From the NCBI GenBank assembly GCA_963845065.1, contig CAWJQQ010000002.1, forward strand, positions 256,001-320,000: a DNA stretch of 64,000 bases, given 5' to 3'. The position numbers were made by a program, and so were the translations under genes. The DNA comes from Nitrospirota bacterium. Its GTDB lineage: Bacteria; Nitrospirota; UBA9217. Below, in pieces: positions 50,033 to 61,092 of this stretch. The notes under the pieces were generated by a model. It was not told the DNA's origin, did no database searches, and saw only the letters and a list, made by a program, of their open reading frames with translations. Positions within the stretch are counted from its first letter, which is position 1. Every line of letters begins with the position of its first letter.

Positions 50033-50650
50033 AGCCACCTCTCAAAACAATGCAACCGATTCAAAATTCGAGAAATGCGATTTCCAGAAACTAGTGCCAT
50101 CTCTGTCCAGCCTGCCGCATTTCAATCAGTGAATGCTCTCGCAACCAAATGTTGGTTGGGGCTTCCAAGAAGGTGGTTCCTTCTCAGGGATAGCCAACCG
50201 TTTGGAAGATGCAGTGTCACTTACGGGAGTTTCCTCTCGCAAAGTCGGTTGTGATTTAAATGTTGTAAATATCATGTAAGATACCATCTTGGAACCCATG
50301 TCAAATCACAGATCAGTCATGTTGTGCCATGAGTATCAGTTTTACGATACTACCCAAATACTGGTGCCAACTCCATACTGATTGTCAAAAAAACTGATTC
50401 CTATTTTAGCAAATTGTTACTGGTTGTCAAGTGTTCAGTTGCCGCTTGTCAAGCCGCTAGATAGCAAAAGCACCAATGCATCCCCGACCAAAACATGTTG
50501 GCCAGGCACAAGAAAATATAAATCTCCGGGCCATTATTGTCAATCCAGTGAAAGACAGTTTGTATCCAAACCTAGTCTGTCCTTGACAGCCAGTGAAACG
50601 AGATGTTTACTTTATATAGAAACTGTATTGGAGAAATGAGGTGATTTTCC

Positions 50651-51319
50651 ATGTCAAATAAACTGACGCATTGGAGCAGCACTTTTTTGATACTTTCCGG
50701 CGTTCTTATCGCAGTACCGATTCTCTTCAATCCTGATGTAGACCAGCCCGGATTCGCACTGCAGCAAGCTTGGGTTCCGGTTCATATCCTTTTCGGGATA
50801 TCAGCTCTGCTCGGGATTGCTGGAATTGGCGCTTTCTATCGTGTTCTGGGTTCCCGCATGTCGAAAATCGGGCATGTAGCCTTCGTCCTCGCTCTGCTCG
50901 GCAATATCCTCCTGACTGGGTTGATGTTCTTCGTGGAGGCGGCGATCGTCCCGGTCCTGGCAGCTCATTCAAAATACGAAGCTCTTATGAGCATCACGGG
51001 GCCGCTCATGAGCGGTACTTTCGGTGCTATGGTCACGATATCTTTCGCGATCATGGGTGTTGGATCTTTGCTTCTCGCGGCGTATCTCGTGGCAACGAGG
51101 ACAATATCGGTACTGAATGGCATTCTCTTCATCGGTGCACCTATCGCTGGATTTGCTCCTCCGTATCCCACTATGTTAGGGATAATCGGCGGTGTGATTC
51201 TGGGCACTGCTCTCATCTGGCTCGGACTCTCGATCCGGAATGGAATCGCCCATGAATCGCTGGCATCTGAATTTGTTGCCTATGATGAATGTTTGCTTCA
51301 GGCGGGAGGGCATGCCTGA
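50651..51319 (+). CDS. Hypothetical multi-pass membrane protein
   Basis: GAGGTG RBS; about six hydrophobic segments. Confidence 0.75.
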   Translation: MSNKLTHWSSTFLILSGVLIAVPILFNPDVDQPGFALQQAWVPVHILFGISALLGIAGIGAFYRVLGSRMSKIGHVAFVLALLGNILLTGLMFFVEAAIVPVLAAHSKYEALMSITGPLMSGTFGAMVTISFAIMGVGSLLLAAYLVATRTISVLNGILFIGAPIAGFAPPYPTMLGIIGGVILGTALIWLGLSIRNGIAHESLASEFVAYDECLLQAGGHA

Positions 51320-52996
51320 CCTACCCCATGTCTAAAGACAGGGGGTTCTAACGGCAATACCGACAGGCTTTCCGGCAACAATACAGAGGTTGCCGGCATC
51401 GACTATCGTTGATCCGTTTTTAACGGGCAAGCAACTCTGTCTCCGGTTCGTGGTGTTGGCTCTCATGTTGTTAATACCGAAGCTGGCCGGGTGAATTCGG
51501 CCATTTGCCGCTGCAAACTGCACCCTCAACACCGCCCGTTCCAGGAGCAGGTTTGCACCCGGCCAAGCTGCTGCGGCTTGACGCGTGTCGAGGACATTTT
51601 CAAAAACATATTTTGCAAGATATGCGGAGTAGAGATCGCGTTGAGTGTTTACCCCGCAGTTACAGTCATGCCATCTGTGGGATAGCGGTTTTTTGGCTAC
51701 TTCCCCGCAGTGGCATGTCTCTGAAAGCTTCGTGCTCCGGGTAGAAAATTCAGTTACTTTACCGCCAGCGTTTTCGGCTTTGCGGCGAAGCATCGAAATA
51801 AACATCCCCGGAGCGCGTCTTGAAATACTTTTACCATAGAGTTTCTGGAATGCTCTGTACGACAGTTTCTCGGTCTTTATGTTGGTTCCGAGCTTAAGAA
51901 TTTCATTGGCTAACGTGCCATGAGCCCGTTTTCTGGTTTCAGCCAAAACTCGCTGTAGCTCGGCTAGTTCAGCCTTAAGCGCACGGTATTTAGCAGAGAA
52001 TATCCACCACTTTTTACCCTTGCCGGCACCAGTCTTAGTCGTGCCGTCTTCGTTGTAGTTGTCCGGGTTGATAGCCCTCAGGCTTCTGGCCATCTTACGC
52101 TGAACCACGCGGATTTGTTTGTACGGAATCTCGACTTCCGGACAAAATGCTACGAGCAACGCATCGGTATCGCTAACGATAGCACCCGTGGATGGACCAA
52201 TATCAAGGCCGACCGTTTCGGTGCCGATCATATTTTCACGCTTGATCCTGGCCGTGCCTTTAAGCACGAGTTGGGCGAACCAGCAGGCGTTACCGCAGAT
52301 GGTTTTCTTCACCAAACGAACATATTTAACATCATGGCTAAGCGCATGTGCCTGAACGCCAAACTTGTCTTTTTTGTCGAAGACACAGGTAAGGCTAAGT
52401 CCAGACCATTCAACATGGTCATCGCACCACCGAATACCGGACGTGTTGTTTTTACCTTCAAGGGACGACATCCAGGCATGGCGCTTGAAACGTAGTTTAC
52501 CATGCTTGCCGAATTCGTAGTCAGCAACGGCATTAAACGACCTGGTCGCTATCTTCTGGGCGGCCAGGCTGTCAATATGGTCTCCGATCCAACACGAATT
52601 GCGGAGGCTCCCGACATAATCATGGAGATGGTATTCGGTATATTCAGCTATGTTTCTGGCTGTCTTGAACATTTTAGTGCGTAGCCTGCTCTTTTTCTTC
52701 TTGATCGCTGAACGCCATTTTTTAGAGCTACGCATGGCGGCAAGACGTTTCATCGCTTCACTAAGACAGGCATTATATAGATAACGACCAGCTTCGAGTC
52801 GGACATTAAGCATTCGATTGTCTTTTGGGGTTGTTACGAGTTGAAACTCGTGGATAAATGTTGGAGTTTTAAGTTTATCTGGCATTGATTGCTCAACTAT
52901 ACCATATAGATATACATTTGTCCAGCAATTGCTGAAAAACAAAATTCCCGCATTCATCCCCATGGTTAAAACCAGGGGCTTTCTGCGGATAGTTTG
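51316..52996 (-). mobile_element. Intact tnpB-only IS200/IS605-family element
   Basis: TTAC|CAAACTATCCGCAG-AAAG-CCCCTGGTTTTAACCATGGGG left end; GAAC-CCCCTGTCTTTAGACATGGGG-TAGG-TCAG right end. Confidence 0.9.
51332..52885 (-). CDS. tnpB: RNA-guided endonuclease TnpB (517 aa from MPDKLK)
   Basis: RuvC D (GLDIG), E (IKTEKL), D (QRDLYSA); CHC...CNC zinc ribbon; TGGACA-N17-TATAGT just upstream. Confidence 0.9.
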   Translation of the reverse strand: MPDKLKTPTFIHEFQLVTTPKDNRMLNVRLEAGRYLYNACLSEAMKRLAAMRSSKKWRSAIKKKKSRLRTKMFKTARNIAEYTEYHLHDYVGSLRNSCWIGDHIDSLAAQKIATRSFNAVADYEFGKHGKLRFKRHAWMSSLEGKNNTSGIRWCDDHVEWSGLSLTCVFDKKDKFGVQAHALSHDVKYVRLVKKTICGNACWFAQLVLKGTARIKRENMIGTETVGLDIGPSTGAIVSDTDALLVAFCPEVEIPYKQIRVVQRKMARSLRAINPDNYNEDGTTKTGAGKGKKWWIFSAKYRALKAELAELQRVLAETRKRAHGTLANEILKLGTNIKTEKLSYRAFQKLYGKSISRRAPGMFISMLRRKAENAGGKVTEFSTRSTKLSETCHCGEVAKKPLSHRWHDCNCGVNTQRDLYSAYLAKYVFENVLDTRQAAAAWPGANLLLERAVLRVQFAAANGRIHPASFGINNMRANTTNRRQSCLPVKNGSTIVDAGNLCIVAGKPVGIAVRTPCL

Positions 52997-53127
52997 GTAA
53001 CTTTTTGTAAAGTGGATAAATGAGCGGTCCGGTTTGAGGGTTTTAATCGACCCGTGCAGTTAATCAGGCGCGGGGTGCGAAACGTTTGCAAAAAAATACT
53101 TTTTTAACTTAAAAAAACATGGCTTGA

Positions 53128-53829
53128 TTATGGACCGGCAATCCGCTCCTTCATCGACGACTTGACTATGTAATCGGCAAGCAAGTGTTTGGCCTCGTGT
53201 GTGATATCTACAAACATCAGTCCGTATCGATTGTCTTCGTCTCCGGGAGCAGCCAAAGCGGCTCTGATTATTTTACATGATACCTGTATCTTCTTTGCAT
53301 TGGGAAGGTAAAATGAGCAGGCAAGCCTTGCGCCTTTGGCTAATTGCTTATTGGTTTCGATCAGCATCCCTGTAGCGCTGACATTCACGGTGCGGCAGAA
53401 GAACGGTTCGTCTTCGGAAAGGCTGTCAACCGTTGCGCTTAGTAATACCCGGAGCGTCTCCCTCCCGGCAATTTCGAGGAGTTGCTGTGCCTTTACCATG
53501 AGAACGACGGGATGGAGTGGCTCGATGAGCACCGCGTTCGCCCTGCACCGCCCGGCTTGTTCAATGGCATCCGGCGTGTTTGCACAGATTAGGATCAACG
53601 AAGCCGCGCGCAATTGGTTATCATCCCTGATCAGGGAGCAGAAATGTTCACCATCCATGCCGGGCATGTGGAGTCGTGTAATGATGAGATCCACCAACTC
53701 GGCTTGGTGAATTTTGAATGCTTCATCATTCGTTTTTGCGGTAAACACCTTGAAGTCTGTCCTGTCTAAAAAAGTCTGATGTTGCTCCAATGACTCGTGG
53801 ACATCATGCGCAATCAATATTTTTTTCAT
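53128..53829 (-). CDS. Pseudo-receiver plus PilZ domain protein
   Basis: REC fold with DLIITRLHMP; PilZ motifs RETLR and NVSATG. Confidence 0.8.
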   Translation of the reverse strand: MKKILIAHDVHESLEQHQTFLDRTDFKVFTAKTNDEAFKIHQAELVDLIITRLHMPGMDGEHFCSLIRDDNQLRAASLILICANTPDAIEQAGRCRANAVLIEPLHPVVLMVKAQQLLEIAGRETLRVLLSATVDSLSEDEPFFCRTVNVSATGMLIETNKQLAKGARLACSFYLPNAKKIQVSCKIIRAALAAPGDEDNRYGLMFVDITHEAKHLLADYIVKSSMKERIAGP

Positions 53830-53883
53830 TCATCCCTCACAATCAACGCCAAAGTCTGAGATGCTCGACCGGTATTATGCCTG

Positions 53884-54553
53884 ATCGCGGTAGGAATGTC
53901 CGTTGCCGGACACCCCCCGCACGCACGGATCCATGCGGGAAGAATTACTACACGCGGATCTTGCCTCGGGTAATTCACGCAGAACTAATTACTTGGGTTT
54001 TCCCATGCCTTATGCTGTAAAGTTAGTCAATGTATGCTCCTGTCTTTGAGTACAGGTCAAAAACCACTTCCCGGAATTCCCCTCAGTCATCAGCCTTCCC
54101 TCCAGGACCCCCACCAAAGTGCAGACAGACGCCGTTTTATTCGGCTCCTTCCCCGTACTATACCGATGTCAGATTGCAAAAGAGCGTACGAGTAAAGATT
54201 ACGGCCACAGGTCTTAGCCTCCCGATCCGACATGCAACTTTCACGGCGGATGCTGTCGAGCTCTCTCGGTTCTGAAGCATTGTGTGTCTACACATGCACA
54301 GGATCTCCGACTCCGCAGGGTCAATGACAACTGGCTGATAGCGTTGTCGACTATAATGCCTTCCCAATGTACGCCCGCGGCCAGCACCCCAAAACGCGTG
54401 ATTTCGGAGCTCAATAGCTGGCCTACGCTTTCCCTCTCAACGCTTCACGTGCAATCTCACGATCGGCCGCGCATGACTCGGGGCCATGATGGATTACCTC
54501 ATCCTTCCATGTAGAGGACTTTCTCCCCCGACCCTATGCCGGACAATCCCGGC
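53884..54553 (-). ncRNA. ORF-less, degenerate group II intron
   Basis: DVI/3' end GGGGGTGTCCGGCAACGGACATTCCTACCGCGAT; DV-like GATCCGCGTGTAGTAATTCTTCCCGCATGGATC; DI-like GCCGGGATTGTCCGGC..GGCCCCGAGTCATGCG..GAAGCGTTGAGAGGG..CTATTGAGC. Confidence 0.75.
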
Positions 54554-54556
54554 TTT

Positions 54557-54601
54557 TTCACGTACGTCCACCGCTAAAGCATTGGTTCCCGCACCATTTC
54601 C
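54557..54601 (-). mobile_element. IS605-type solo-hairpin mini-element
   Basis: TTAG|GGAAATGGTGCGGG-AACC-AATGCTTTAGCGGTGG-ACGTACG-TGAA; resembles the copy at 4959. Confidence 0.5.
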
Positions 54602-54705
54602 CTAAACAGTACTATAACTTCGTCGTATTTACAAGAGGGCTGCAAAAAGAGCTATACATAAGCGTAGGGCTAAAGGTTCATGAATTAAAAACCAATGTAT
54701 GATGC

Positions 54706-55839
54706 TCAAAATTGCCGTATGCCATGTTTTTTTTTGTTATAGTCGACCACCCTGTCTACTTCCTTCCTCATCTCCTCTTTCCTTCTCCCCTCCATATAAA
54801 ATGGCTCATCTCGCAGTTTCGTTCCGAAAAATCCGGCGTCGGGATACTGTTGCCGATAAAAGTCAGGGATTTCAGATGGAGCATTAGTGCCATTCATGAT
54901 AGCCCACGCCAAAGTCCATGCCCGCGCCACGTTCGCGATGTCGTATCCACCTCCTCCAAGTGCTACCCATTTAGGCGCCATGGCCCTGATCATTGTCACC
55001 ACGCGGCAGAACCCGTTCGTGGTGATATTCAAATGAGCAAGCGGATCGCTCCTGAACGTATCAACCCCGAGCTGGCTCACGATGATGTCGGGCCTGAAGA
55101 CGTCTATAAGCGGAGGAACGACTTCGGTAAATGCATGGACAAAAAGTTCATCGTCAGTCTCTGGCGGCAGGGGAATGTTCACGCTGTATCCCTCGCCCGC
55201 TCCCGAGCCAATCTCATATTCGAACCCTGAGCCCGGGAAAAGCGCTTGCCCTGTTTCATGGAGTGAAATGGTCAGGACCTTGTCCGAGCTAAAGAATGCT
55301 TCCTGAACCCCGTCGCCGTGGTGAGCATCGATGTCGACATAAGCGACTCTCCTTCCCCTGTTGACTAAGGACTGGATGGCGATCACCGGATCGTTGATAT
55401 AACAGAACCCCGAGGCATGGTCTGCCATGGCATGGTGAAGTCCTCCCGAGATATTGAAAGCAACCTCCGCCTCGCCGCTGTCAACGAGGTCGGCAGCCTT
55501 GAGAGATGCGCCGGCAATGAGTATCGACCAGTCGAACATACCGGCAAATATCGGATTGTCGCCCGGGCCGAGTCCGAAGAAATCGGCACCCGGATAGTCC
55601 GCACCACTGTTCGAGGCCCTCAGTATGTCGATATAATCCTGGGTATGAAATGTCAGCAGGTCTTCAACCCGCGCCGGATGAGGCTCTATCAGCCGTGGGT
55701 CCGAAGGGGCGAGTAAACCGCAGGCCTTGATCAGTTCATAGGTGAGCTTCAGACGAAATGGCTTTAACGGGTGGCTAGACCCGTAATCGAAACGTGCGAA
55801 TTCATCTGAGAATATAAAGGCCGCTTTCATGGTTTCCAA
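54706..55839 (-). CDS. acuC: Histone-deacetylase family protein (AcuC-like); ATG 55830 is a likely start
   Basis: HPLKP.R, GGLHHA, GFC..ND, DAHHGDG, GGGGY. Confidence 0.88.
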   Translation of the reverse strand: METMKAAFIFSDEFARFDYGSSHPLKPFRLKLTYELIKACGLLAPSDPRLIEPHPARVEDLLTFHTQDYIDILRASNSGADYPGADFFGLGPGDNPIFAGMFDWSILIAGASLKAADLVDSGEAEVAFNISGGLHHAMADHASGFCYINDPVIAIQSLVNRGRRVAYVDIDAHHGDGVQEAFFSSDKVLTISLHETGQALFPGSGFEYEIGSGAGEGYSVNIPLPPETDDELFVHAFTEVVPPLIDVFRPDIIVSQLGVDTFRSDPLAHLNITTNGFCRVVTMIRAMAPKWVALGGGGYDIANVARAWTLAWAIMNGTNAPSEIPDFYRQQYPDAGFFGTKLRDEPFYMEGRRKEEMRKEVDRVVDYNKKKHGIRQF

Positions 55840-55965
55840 GAGCCTCCTTGGTGTACATTACTATAGAATCAAATTTCCCATATAATAGCAAGTATTTTTT
55901 GCCATAGTTGCTTAAATACCCTAATCTTCAATATGTTGAAATCTGCCATTCCCCCGTGCCCAAAT

Positions 55966-56004
55966 AAAAAAAAAGGCCGGCAAAGTGTTTTCTTCGCCGG
56001 CCTT
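55966..56004 (-). terminator. groESL terminator
   Basis: AAGGCCGGC...GCCGGCCTT with long U-tract. Confidence 0.85.
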
Positions 56005-56035
56005 GCTGTTTTCCTCGTGACAGGAAACTTTATTA

Positions 56036-58019
<1,984 letters not shown>

Positions 58020-58067
58020 ATTGCTCGACTCCTTTCTTGGAATTAGTAAAGCTATTATACCACGTAA

Positions 58068-58094
58068 TTAGCACTCGTTCAAGGCGAGTGCTAA
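58068..58094. promoter_or_regulatory. CIRCE element (HrcA operator)
   Basis: Perfect TTAGCACTC-N9-GAGTGCTAA upstream of groES. Confidence 0.97.
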
Positions 58095-58223
58095 TATATT
58101 TCCCGGTCAGGAAAAAAGCAAACTTAAAATATAGTCAGATTATACAGAATTAGTAAATTTTGGGTAATTTTACTTAAAAATCTCCATTTATCTGATTTTT
58201 TCATTATAATAAATGTAAAAAAG

Positions 58224-58251
58224 AAAAGCAGGATATAATATCCTGCTTTTT
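58224..58251 (-). terminator. Terminator after the S41 peptidase gene
   Basis: AAAAGCAGGATAT-AA-TATCCTGCTTTT inverted repeat. Confidence 0.8.
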
Positions 58252-58281
58252 CAATTACTTAAGTAAATTTTAAATTTTAGC

Positions 58282-59679
58282 CTATTTTCCTTTTTTCACG
58301 GTCGTTGTCATTTCCGTGAATACATCCGCCGCCAAGACAGCCGGATTCAGTATCTCGATCGCTTTCTGGAGTTGGATATCATCCTTGTCTGCCTTCGGCA
58401 CAGCTTCCAAGGTGAAATCTTCTTCTTCCGCAGGCTGCGGTACATTTTTCTTCTTTTCCTCTTTGATCGTGTCGTTCTTCAGGTGGTGCTCGAGATCTTT
58501 TTCGCGCACGACCACGTGCATCGGTTCGCCTTCCTTCGCTTCCTTGATCGTCGGCAGTTTCACCTCTACGTCAGGGGTAATACCAACATTCTGGATCGAT
58601 CGACCTGCCGGCGTATAATACTTTGCTGTTGTAAGCCGGAGCCCACCGCCGCTTTCAAGCGGGAACACAGTCTGGACGGAACCCTTGCCGAAAGTCTGTG
58701 TCCCGACGATCAGGGCGCGTTTTGAATCCTGGAGCGCACCAGCAACGATTTCTGACGCACTGGCACTGCCCGTGTTCACGAGCACCACTATCGGATACGT
58801 CCTCGCGAGGTCGGAGCCCGTAGTCAGGAAGTCCTTCCGGTCATTGGGCTGCCTTCCCTGCAGGTACACGACCAGCTTATCTTTGGGCATAAACTTGCTG
58901 CACACATCCACGGACGAGTCGAGAAGCCCACCCGGATCATTCCGCAAGTCGATGACCAATTTCTTCATACCCTTGGCTTCCAGTTTTTTCAAGGCCTTTT
59001 CTAATTCCTCCGAAGTCTGTCCCTGGAATTGAATGATCTTCACATATCCGATATTATTATCCAGCATCCTGGACTTGACGCTGACGACCTTGATGACGTC
59101 GCGGACGATTTTGAACTCTTTAGGTTTATCCCATCCTTCTCTATAGATCAAAAGCTGTACCGACGTACCTTTTGGGCCGCGCATCGTGTCCACCGCCTGC
59201 TCGATGGTCATGTCCCTGGTCCATTCGTCATTGATCTTCATGATCTTATCGCCCGCCGCGAGTCCCGCTCGGTAGCCGGGAGTGTCCTCAATCGGCGCAA
59301 TGATCGTGAGCTGCTGGTTCTTGATCCCGATCTGAATGCCGACACCAGTGAATTCGCCCCGGATATCCATGTTCATCTCTTTGAACTGTTTGTCGTTCAT
59401 ATACGATGAGTGGGGGTCAAGGTTCGAGACCATCCCGCGGATGGCACCCTCAATGAGTTCCCTTGTATCGGGCACTTCGACGTAGTTGCGTTTAATCAGC
59501 TCCATCGCTTGCGTAAAGGCCTTTAAATCTTCATAGGTGTCTGGCTTGGCCTGGACCATCTGCTGACCGATCAAAACTCCCGCCAGCAGGATCACCAGTG
59601 CAGCGATTAAAAATTTTTTCTTGTTAATCCGTATCATGGTATCATCCTCCAAATCGTTCTGCATAATAACACTCCTCAA
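58282..59679 (-). CDS. ctpA: S41 C-terminal processing peptidase (start may be about 59637)
   Basis: LDPHS, PDZ, DLRNDPGG, SASASE, TFGKG. Confidence 0.92.
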   Translation of the reverse strand: MRSVIMQNDLEDDTMIRINKKKFLIAALVILLAGVLIGQQMVQAKPDTYEDLKAFTQAMELIKRNYVEVPDTRELIEGAIRGMVSNLDPHSSYMNDKQFKEMNMDIRGEFTGVGIQIGIKNQQLTIIAPIEDTPGYRAGLAAGDKIMKINDEWTRDMTIEQAVDTMRGPKGTSVQLLIYREGWDKPKEFKIVRDVIKVVSVKSRMLDNNIGYVKIIQFQGQTSEELEKALKKLEAKGMKKLVIDLRNDPGGLLDSSVDVCSKFMPKDKLVVYLQGRQPNDRKDFLTTGSDLARTYPIVVLVNTGSASASEIVAGALQDSKRALIVGTQTFGKGSVQTVFPLESGGGLRLTTAKYYTPAGRSIQNVGITPDVEVKLPTIKEAKEGEPMHVVVREKDLEHHLKNDTIKEEKKKNVPQPAEEEDFTLEAVPKADKDDIQLQKAIEILNPAVLAADVFTEMTTTVKKGK

Positions 59680-59780
59680 ATTATCTCAGCAGAATTTTAC
59701 GTAATCATGCTAGGGAAAATATCATAGCAGCATAAAAAAAGCAAAGAAGTTTTTTCCCCTCGTATTCTTCCGCGCCGCCG

Positions 59781-60965
59781 TCACTTCTTCGTGAGCCTGG
59801 TAAGCGGGTCTTCCGCTTCGCCATTTCTTCGTATTTCAAAGTACAATTTCGCTCCCCTGAGGCTTCCGGTTTCACCTGCTAGACCAATGACCTGGCCTTT
59901 AGTGACCCGAGCCCCCTTGTTCAAGTCAAGTTGCGAAAGGTATCCGTAGAGTGTATAGAAACCGTTGCCATGGTCTAGGATGATGAGCTTGCCGTATCCC
60001 TTGTACCAATCCGCGTAGACGACCTCTCCATCGCTCACCGCCCGGACAGCCTGACCTTCACGCGCCTCGATCTCGATGCCCCTGCGGAACACCATAGTGC
60101 CGAACAGCGGGTGGCGCTGCATTCCAAAACGGGTAATTACCTGCCCGTCCAAGGGCCAGGGAAGCCTCCCCTTCTCAGTGCCTGACGTTTTACTTTCCCA
60201 TTGTGCAGGAGATTGGTCCCCGTTCGCGGCTCTGCGCTCTCCTTCGTCTTTCTTGATCATGGCCCAGAGGCTTGCTGAAGATTCCTCGAGCTCATGCAGT
60301 GTCTGTTCGTAAAGACCCTTTTCTTGCCGGACGTTTGCAAGGATCATTGCTTTTTGGTGACGTTTTGTCTCAAGAACAGCCTTCTGGGATTCTACAACTC
60401 GATTGCGCCCGAGGATCTCTTCTTTCTTTTCAAGTATATCCTTCTGAAGTGACGCCAGGTGGTCAAGGGCGCTGCCGTATTCCCGCATCATCACGCGGTC
60501 GCGATCGGCAATTAGACCCAGATATTTGGTATCCTTCAATACAATCCCTGGATTTTCCAAGGCTATTGTCACCACAGCCCCGTTGCGCTGCATCTTGTAA
60601 AGCGCCCTCAGCCGCTGTCCATAGAGACGCTTCAGCTCCGTAAGCTCCCGACTAATCTCCGAGCTACTCGCTTCAATACCTTGAAGGGTCGTCTCGTCAT
60701 TCCTTAGTTGTCTTTGCTGGCTGGCAAGCTCCGCACTCCCGGCCTGAATATCCCGATCAATTTTGTCAAGGTCGCCAAGGACTGACCGCTCTTTACGCTT
60801 CGTCTGCCTGATCTCATTCTTTTTCTCATGCATCTCTTGATTGATGCGCCGGAGCTCTCGTTCGGAATCCGATGAAGTGCCCGCACCCTGCACGGGTGAT
60901 TCGCTCATGCAAATGAAAAAGGCCAGGAGCAATGTACAATGTAAAACATGGAAACTTGTTCTCAT
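59781..60965 (-). CDS. envC: EnvC-like coiled-coil/M23 murein hydrolase activator
   Basis: Coiled coil plus degenerate M23 (RRGIEI, LYFEIR lacking Zn ligands); follows ftsEX. Confidence 0.85.
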   Translation of the reverse strand: MRTSFHVLHCTLLLAFFICMSESPVQGAGTSSDSERELRRINQEMHEKKNEIRQTKRKERSVLGDLDKIDRDIQAGSAELASQQRQLRNDETTLQGIEASSSEISRELTELKRLYGQRLRALYKMQRNGAVVTIALENPGIVLKDTKYLGLIADRDRVMMREYGSALDHLASLQKDILEKKEEILGRNRVVESQKAVLETKRHQKAMILANVRQEKGLYEQTLHELEESSASLWAMIKKDEGERRAANGDQSPAQWESKTSGTEKGRLPWPLDGQVITRFGMQRHPLFGTMVFRRGIEIEAREGQAVRAVSDGEVVYADWYKGYGKLIILDHGNGFYTLYGYLSQLDLNKGARVTKGQVIGLAGETGSLRGAKLYFEIRRNGEAEDPLTRLTKK

Positions 60966-61092
60966 CTAGCTTTCCGTATCTTCTTTTTTTTATACATTTT
61001 TATACATGATGACTAGGAATCAATCTTCATAGGGATAGCTATAGATGTGCTTCCTGACTGCAACGCACGGTAAGCCCTCTACGGTTCCTTCG

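Noticed and set aside
50128..50300. 57-codon minus-strand ORF MGSKMVSY
   Set aside because: No RBS; it overlaps a promoter-like TTGACA and has no recognisable features.
52886..52963. N-terminal 26 codons of the 543-aa TnpB ORF call
   Set aside because: They overlap the left-end hairpin and promoter; ATG 52885 is the better start.
54590..54594. GTGCG as the true intron 5' splice site
   Set aside because: It falls inside the solo-hairpin element, so it is probably coincidental.
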